Assembly (NCBI GenBank): GCA_964420205.1 | Contig: CAYQSO010000002.1 | Span: 7,765 to 71,764, forward strand | Length of the DNA: 64,000 nucleotides | Direction of reading: 5' to 3' | From: an uncultured Candidatus Saccharibacteria bacterium | GTDB lineage: Bacteria; Patescibacteriota; Minisyncoccia; UBA6257; JAGOQP01 | Part shown: piece by piece, positions 58,484 to 64,000 of the stretch | Position numbering within the stretch: position 1 is the stretch's first letter | Layout: every line of letters begins with the position of its first letter | The notes under the pieces: model-generated | What the model was told of the DNA's origin: nothing | What the model saw: only the letters and a program-made list of their open reading frames with translations | Database searches by the model: none | Translations under genes and position numbers: made by a program

Positions 58484-60433
58484 TTAATTAAAAACAAGAA
58501 TATAAGAGATAGTATTATTATCCTCTGTTAAAACATAATGATTATTATCATTTTTTATAATATTTGCATATACTAGTGAATTCTCAATATCTTCTTTAAC
58601 AAATATTCTAGTAATATTTAAACTATTAATAAACTCTATAGTATCTACTATAAATTCATTCGAATTGGAACTACTATAATAAGCATTTATTCTATCCCAC
58701 TCTTGAAAATGTGTTGTAAAATCACTTATCCCTACTTTATCTAAATATATCGCTAAAGCATTATTAATGTTTATTATTGCGGTTTCTGTCAATTCCTCAG
58801 CTATAATAAAATCTACATATTTAACACCTATAAACCTACTAGCATCATCTTCCTGATATCTACTTTCTACCTTAGCTGATGTATTTTCCATAGAAACATA
58901 AGCTTGTAAAGTATTCTCACTAGTATCTAATTCAGAACCACCCCTAAATATTTTTATACCTGCTCTAGGGTCCGACTCATTTCCATCATAAGTTGCTGTA
59001 TATAGAGAATTACCAAAATAACTTCCTACATCTGAGTATCTACCTTGTGTAATACCAGAAGAATTATCTGTAAGATAAAAATAGGTTTTGTTATTATCTC
59101 CTACATAGAATCTCCATTCTTTATTTCCTGTATAATATTTAGATAAAAATGTTTTTTTAACACTGTCATAATTAACGTTACAATAACTACCCACTGAAAA
59201 AGGTGAATCACTAATACCGTCTCCAAAAGAAAAATCATCAGTATCGTTTATATACATATATTCATCTGTTTCTTGAAAAGAGATACCTCTCCCATCTGCG
59301 GATAACAAGGAAGCATCTTTTGTTAAATATAACGTATTCCCATTTCCCGAATAATCTGTTATTTCTGTTCCCGAAGTAATATTATAAAACCATAGTCCTT
59401 TTATATTACTTTCGCTAGAAATATTGTCTTTTATAACATTATATAAATCTAGTTCTTCCTCTGATAAAGAAGTGTTTTTTTGAATATCGAAATAATCCTT
59501 ATCACTATTTACTACTTGTTGAGCTAATATTGTATATTCTCTTTGTACTGCTCCTTTTATTATTTTTGAATAAACTCTTGAATTTGGAATACTCTCGGCA
59601 ACATAAACTCTTGTTGCATTTAAACTGTTTACGTATTCAAAACTGCTTACTATATAATCGTCATAAATCCCAGTAGCATAAAAACAATGTAAAATTCCCC
59701 CTGCTAAAAAATTATCTGTATAATCACCTTCTATTTCAAAATAATCTAAAGCACTATTTATTACTTGTTGATCTGTTATTAAAAATTCTTCATAATCTTC
59801 TAGTAAAAGCCTCCCTTTTGGGGTACTTATTGTTCCATCATTATAAGTTACACTATAAGAACCTTGTAAATCTGTGTTTAAAGTAATACCAATAGTAGTA
59901 GAATACTCTATTTTAAACTGTACTTCGGGGTAAACATAATTACGTATAAAAGTTTCAAATTTTCTATACGTTTCAGCGTCTTCTTGGTCTGCAAAAGTAC
60001 TTGAATCTATAACAAGAGTGAAAGTATTCGGTGTTCCTACAGGGGTTTCTTCCCACCACTCAGTTATCTGGGCACTTATTCCTACAATATTTAATACTAA
60101 TTCAAGACCTATTCTACTTCCCTTTAAAAAATGAACAAGCATTAAAAAAGCAACTAATTTTTTAGCTCTCGCTTCATCTAACTGTAAGAAGTCATTAATA
60201 TATCCATAACCCATTTCATCAATATACTTCACAAGTCCTTCTAAAGGAAGGTCTTGCGTATTAATATATTTATCTATAATCTGGTAAAATGCCTCACTCA
60301 TTTTACTTTTTTCTACATTATTATTAGATAAAAACCAATCTATTAACGGGATTAACTTGTCACTCCAAAGCGAGGCGTTTTCAATCCACCACCTCGGTAA
60401 TAATCTTGCTGCGCTGTAACCTAATATAGACAA
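58484..60433 (-). CDS. baseplate wedge protein (P2 gpI-like) with LamG-like domain
   Basis: HFLKGSRIGLE...ITEWWEE..GTPNTF; DYSGNGN...FSV...YTATYDG LamG-type segment. Confidence 0.7.
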   Translation of the reverse strand: MSILGYSAARLLPRWWIENASLWSDKLIPLIDWFLSNNNVEKSKMSEAFYQIIDKYINTQDLPLEGLVKYIDEMGYGYINDFLQLDEARAKKLVAFLMLVHFLKGSRIGLELVLNIVGISAQITEWWEETPVGTPNTFTLVIDSSTFADQEDAETYRKFETFIRNYVYPEVQFKIEYSTTIGITLNTDLQGSYSVTYNDGTISTPKGRLLLEDYEEFLITDQQVINSALDYFEIEGDYTDNFLAGGILHCFYATGIYDDYIVSSFEYVNSLNATRVYVAESIPNSRVYSKIIKGAVQREYTILAQQVVNSDKDYFDIQKNTSLSEEELDLYNVIKDNISSESNIKGLWFYNITSGTEITDYSGNGNTLYLTKDASLLSADGRGISFQETDEYMYINDTDDFSFGDGISDSPFSVGSYCNVNYDSVKKTFLSKYYTGNKEWRFYVGDNNKTYFYLTDNSSGITQGRYSDVGSYFGNSLYTATYDGNESDPRAGIKIFRGGSELDTSENTLQAYVSMENTSAKVESRYQEDDASRFIGVKYVDFIIAEELTETAIININNALAIYLDKVGISDFTTHFQEWDRINAYYSSSNSNEFIVDTIEFINSLNITRIFVKEDIENSLVYANIIKNDNNHYVLTEDNNTISYILVFN

Positions 60434-60443
60434 ACCAACAACC

Positions 60444-62609
60444 CTATAAAATCGTCAAATCATAATTTATTGAGTTATATGACTTCCAACTAGTTAAACA
60501 CTTAGTATTATCGTCTACTATAACCCAATTTATAAAACCGTCTTGGGTCCCTACATATTCTTTCTGAATTTTTGTATAAGAGAGAGAATTCACTACTGTT
60601 TGATTAACAGTTACTCTTGTTCTTCCCGTACTATTTAAATAAGCTACTGTATCTACTGAAAAAGAGTAGTATAAAGAATTACTCACAAAAACCTTTAAAA
60701 CATCGTCTTCCTTAAAAAATGCTGAGTAATCTCCTGTTATTTCAAAATAATCAGCACCTTTATCTACTATAATATATTCGTCTAGTTCAAATATGGGGGT
60801 GGTAGAAAGAGCTTCATCTGTTTTACCTCTGTATCCCACACACTCATAAGAATAAGAACCTACTTTTATATTATCTCCTAAACGATAATTTGTATTTGCT
60901 GTTCTATCAGGGTGGGACATATTTAAAAGCTTTCTAACCCATAAAATATTTCCATCATTTACAAAATCACCTATTTCCCCAGTAGAAAAACCAGATGGGG
61001 TAGCAGATAATGCTTCGTCATTATATTTTATTAAATCAACAACTTTAAACATATAATATGGGAAAGATGTTGATAAAACATAATCACCTATCTTATACTT
61101 AGTATTAGCCTGCCAATTTTCTAACCTAGAAATATCTAATTTCTTGTAAGTTCTCCAAACAATACTATTGTCTATTGTATCTAATTCTGTATCAATATCT
61201 GTAGCAGGGATTGATAAAGCTGGGACATTCCATAACGGTTCTAAAGAGTCTGACTGTCCTAGTACCTCACACGCTTTATAATTAATATCATCCTTTAAAA
61301 TTACATCCCCAATATTATAGTAAGTATTTGCTATACGTGTTTTTTCATTTACAGTTACCCTAGCATATTTAACATAACTTAATTGTTCTATTAATTTTTC
61401 TACATCAAAAGTATCTAAAGTTTTATTTACTATATTCTCATAATAAACTTCAAAAATACTATTTAAATCTGTATTAACATTTGCAAGAGAGACAAGATTA
61501 TTTAAAGGTTTAATACTTATATCTAAAGTTACTAAATCTCTTTTAGGATTAGTTATATCTGGTAAGGGGGCTCCAATACTTCTTTCTCCTTCTAGAGTTG
61601 TTTTTAAATTTGTTCTCTCTGTACTTGTTAAAAAAGACAGATCATTTTTTAAATAAGAAACTGCAACATACTCAGGTGTTATATCTATTAAATCAGAATA
61701 TGTTATTTTTGTATTAATTTCTGGAAATCTTTTCGGATAATCTTCTCTAGCTCGTATTGTACTTTGTACTTCATGACTATAGGGTGCTGTTATTTTTATT
61801 CTCTGTACAGTCTCCGGTGCATTATATTTTTCAATAACTCTTGTATTATCTAATGTAAAATAAGTAAACATTCCACTTATGTACTGAATACTAGGGGCAT
61901 CTGCTAACTCTATATATTTTATAGTAAATATGGACTCTGTATTATAAGTATATTGGGCTCCTACAGCATCGTTTAAATACTGAATATCAATAGAACCAAA
62001 CGGATTAGTCCTTACCCAGTATTTATCATCTGCCATGTCTTTAGCAACTTTAGAAAACGGTACTTCAACACTGTCTTTTAAAAGAACTAAATCTTCTGAT
62101 ATTTTTTCCGTATAAAAAGTAAACGTCTTTAATTCAGAAGTTCCTGCTCTTTGTTGAATTGTTTTTACTTTTCCAATTACAGTAAGAACTTCTACTTGTA
62201 CGTTTTCCTGTAAAGTAGTGTCTTCTAAATTAATAATGTCATAGTCGTTATTATACGTTCCTATTACACTAAATTTTGGTAAAACTACTGTTTGTGAGGG
62301 GGTAACTGTTATAAGTCTCCTTTGATTTGAACCCCTATAAACTGAATAACCTAAATTGACAGCAATACCTGTAACAGAGGATAGTAAATTAGCTGTACTT
62401 ATAAATGCTTCTCTAAAATAAGATATAATTCGATAACTTAAATTAGAAAGGACAGTTGCCATAACTCTTATTAAAAAAGTACCTTCAGTAGTTCTTGTTA
62501 AAGACTTATAAGCACTATTATTATCTTGTGAAGTAAAGTAAGACTTTATTAAATTAAAGCAACTGGTTATTGATAAAGCACTTAATGTTTCGTTATCTGG
62601 GGCTGTCAT
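60444..62609 (-). CDS. baseplate wedge subunit (T4 gp6/P2 gpJ-like)
   Basis: REAFISTANLLSSV..IAVNLGY and ETVQRIKITAP...RAREDY; C-terminal ANTxYxxGD repeats. Confidence 0.8.
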   Translation of the reverse strand: MTAPDNETLSALSITSCFNLIKSYFTSQDNNSAYKSLTRTTEGTFLIRVMATVLSNLSYRIISYFREAFISTANLLSSVTGIAVNLGYSVYRGSNQRRLITVTPSQTVVLPKFSVIGTYNNDYDIINLEDTTLQENVQVEVLTVIGKVKTIQQRAGTSELKTFTFYTEKISEDLVLLKDSVEVPFSKVAKDMADDKYWVRTNPFGSIDIQYLNDAVGAQYTYNTESIFTIKYIELADAPSIQYISGMFTYFTLDNTRVIEKYNAPETVQRIKITAPYSHEVQSTIRAREDYPKRFPEINTKITYSDLIDITPEYVAVSYLKNDLSFLTSTERTNLKTTLEGERSIGAPLPDITNPKRDLVTLDISIKPLNNLVSLANVNTDLNSIFEVYYENIVNKTLDTFDVEKLIEQLSYVKYARVTVNEKTRIANTYYNIGDVILKDDINYKACEVLGQSDSLEPLWNVPALSIPATDIDTELDTIDNSIVWRTYKKLDISRLENWQANTKYKIGDYVLSTSFPYYMFKVVDLIKYNDEALSATPSGFSTGEIGDFVNDGNILWVRKLLNMSHPDRTANTNYRLGDNIKVGSYSYECVGYRGKTDEALSTTPIFELDEYIIVDKGADYFEITGDYSAFFKEDDVLKVFVSNSLYYSFSVDTVAYLNSTGRTRVTVNQTVVNSLSYTKIQKEYVGTQDGFINWVIVDDNTKCLTSWKSYNSINYDLTIL

Positions 62610-62619
62610 TTATTATCCT

Positions 62620-63012
62620 TTATGTATTAGATATAACTTCTATGGTAGGTAAGTTAAATTCTTCGCCTGTTTCTATAATCTGTAAAACAAGGTCAATTTT
62701 TATAGACTCATTATCATAATCAACTGTAAGAAGGGATTTATCTTCTAAAATAATAATAGAATCTGAAAAAAATCTTTCTATCTTATCTCTAATATATTCA
62801 TAAACAATATCACCTGTATCAAAATTCAAAGGCATATGAAGAAACTGTTCAAGGTTTAACCCCCACGCTCTATAATAAGGGGTTTCTTGTTCTTTTGACC
62901 TAATAAATAAAATGAGGGACTGCTTTATTGCATCATAATCATAGACAACCATATTATCAGAGTCATCTACTTCTTTAATCCTTACATTTATATCAGAAAA
63001 AATACTTACCAA
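62620..63012 (-). CDS. baseplate gp25-like protein
   Basis: DAIKQSL...ETPY...WGLNLEQFL. Confidence 0.75.
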   Translation of the reverse strand: MVSIFSDINVRIKEVDDSDNMVVYDYDAIKQSLILFIRSKEQETPYYRAWGLNLEQFLHMPLNFDTGDIVYEYIRDKIERFFSDSIIILEDKSLLTVDYDNESIKIDLVLQIIETGEEFNLPTIEVISNT

Positions 63013-63051
63013 GAGAAGACCTACAAAACCTACTATTATATAAAATTTAAC

Positions 63052-63453
63052 TTAAATGTCTAAAGGATCTGGTAAAGTTGGTGCTTCGGGTAAATCGGGA
63101 GTTTCTATATTACATTGTAACGTGGATATTTTATTAATAATAGTTGTTATTAATTCTGTATATTTTTGAACCATTTCAGCATATGTTTCTATTGTATCTA
63201 TAAGTGGGAGGTAATACTTGACTACTAAATTTTTTATTTTATTTAAATACCCTAAAACACCATCAACGGACGACGGAATCGTTAATAAATCTTCTAATAA
63301 AGATTTCAACTCTAGTTGCTTATCTAAAGATTCTATTTGTTCTGCTAAAGCATCTTGTACTAATTGTAATTTTTCATTAAGCAATTGACACTGGTTTTCT
63401 TGCTCTACCCACTCTACTGTCTTATCAAACCACTCTAAATTTACTTTTGACAT
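63052..63453 (-). CDS. helical hypothetical protein
   Basis: 133 aa, AAGGAG RBS, between the spike and gp25-like genes. Confidence 0.6.
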   Translation of the reverse strand: MSKVNLEWFDKTVEWVEQENQCQLLNEKLQLVQDALAEQIESLDKQLELKSLLEDLLTIPSSVDGVLGYLNKIKNLVVKYYLPLIDTIETYAEMVQKYTELITTIINKISTLQCNIETPDLPEAPTLPDPLDI

Positions 63454-63464
63454 CGCTCATCTCC

Positions 63465-63998
63465 TTATAAAACTTGAACTAAAATACCATTTTCAAATAT
63501 TAGTACATTAGAACCACATACTATGGTAGCAGATTTCCCTGTACTTGCACCTAATTTCCCATCTATAAATAAGCTAGGGGCTTTTATCTCCAATCCGCTA
63601 TCACGGAACTTATATGTGCTACCCTTTTTAGATTGTACTATTATTTCTCCATAATCGTCTAACGTAACTTTAGACCCTAAACTATGTTCTAATTTAGTAT
63701 AGTCTTCTGTTATTTCTACATAACTTCCATTAGCATGTGTAGCTTTTATATTTCCGTTCTCTATAATCTTAATATTAGTGCCGGAACTATGTTGGAAAAT
63801 AATTTCTTTTTTTGTTTTGTTTACTTTAAAGAAATTTAAAATACTATCAACCCAACCATACGTTTGAGGATAATTTTCAAACAGAACATTTTCTTTATTA
63901 ACGTTTAAATTAGTTAAGTATGTTCCTTTATATGCAGGATTATTTTTATCCTTATTTGGAAAAAATACAGTAACATCTGTACCTACTTCCGGTATACT
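63465..63998 (-). CDS. baseplate spike (gp5/gpV-like), start outside the window
   Basis: Translated by hand: SIPEVGTDVTVFFPNKDKNNPAYKG...ENYPQTYGWVDS...HSSG..HANG..HSLG...VLIFENGILVQVL*. Confidence 0.75.
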   Translation of the reverse strand, partial: SIPEVGTDVTVFFPNKDKNNPAYKGTYLTNLNVNKENVLFENYPQTYGWVDSILNFFKVNKTKKEIIFQHSSGTNIKIIENGNIKATHANGSYVEITEDYTKLEHSLGSKVTLDDYGEIIVQSKKGSTYKFRDSGLEIKAPSLFIDGKLGASTGKSATIVCGSNVLIFENGILVQVL

Positions 63999-64000
63999 TA

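Overview
This is an AT-rich 64 kb segment of a large tailed phage (myovirus-type baseplate), and essentially all real genes are on the minus strand. From right to left it carries: a baseplate/tail-fibre module (63998-54808); an IS607-type tnpB; a holin-like gene, a patatin, a 5'-3' exonuclease and an M15-type peptidase; and replication genes (SNF2 and DnaB helicases, intein-containing PolA). These are followed by ThyX, a T5 A1-like protein, DNA ligase, two orphan methyltransferases and recombination genes (SSB-like, RuvC-like, RecA, split Rad50, Mre11). Further left are a second IS607-type tnpB, dUTPase, and a two-intein class II ribonucleotide reductase next to a cobalamin adenosyltransferase. 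The window ends in an RNA-centred island: a ~160 nt structured RNA, tRNA-Trp, an ATP-grasp gene, a ~440 nt highly paired GOLLD-like RNA, a QueC-like enzyme, an HD/kinase and an RNA ligase. The main leads are (1) the compact, independently transcribed large ncRNA, (2) two TnpA-less tnpB/omegaRNA units whose guide 5' ends recur just upstream of their own gene, and (3) an acyl-carrier-like protein lacking the attachment serine. Several apparent single-base frameshifts may be assembly errors. All calls come from reading by eye and recalled family motifs; no searches were run.
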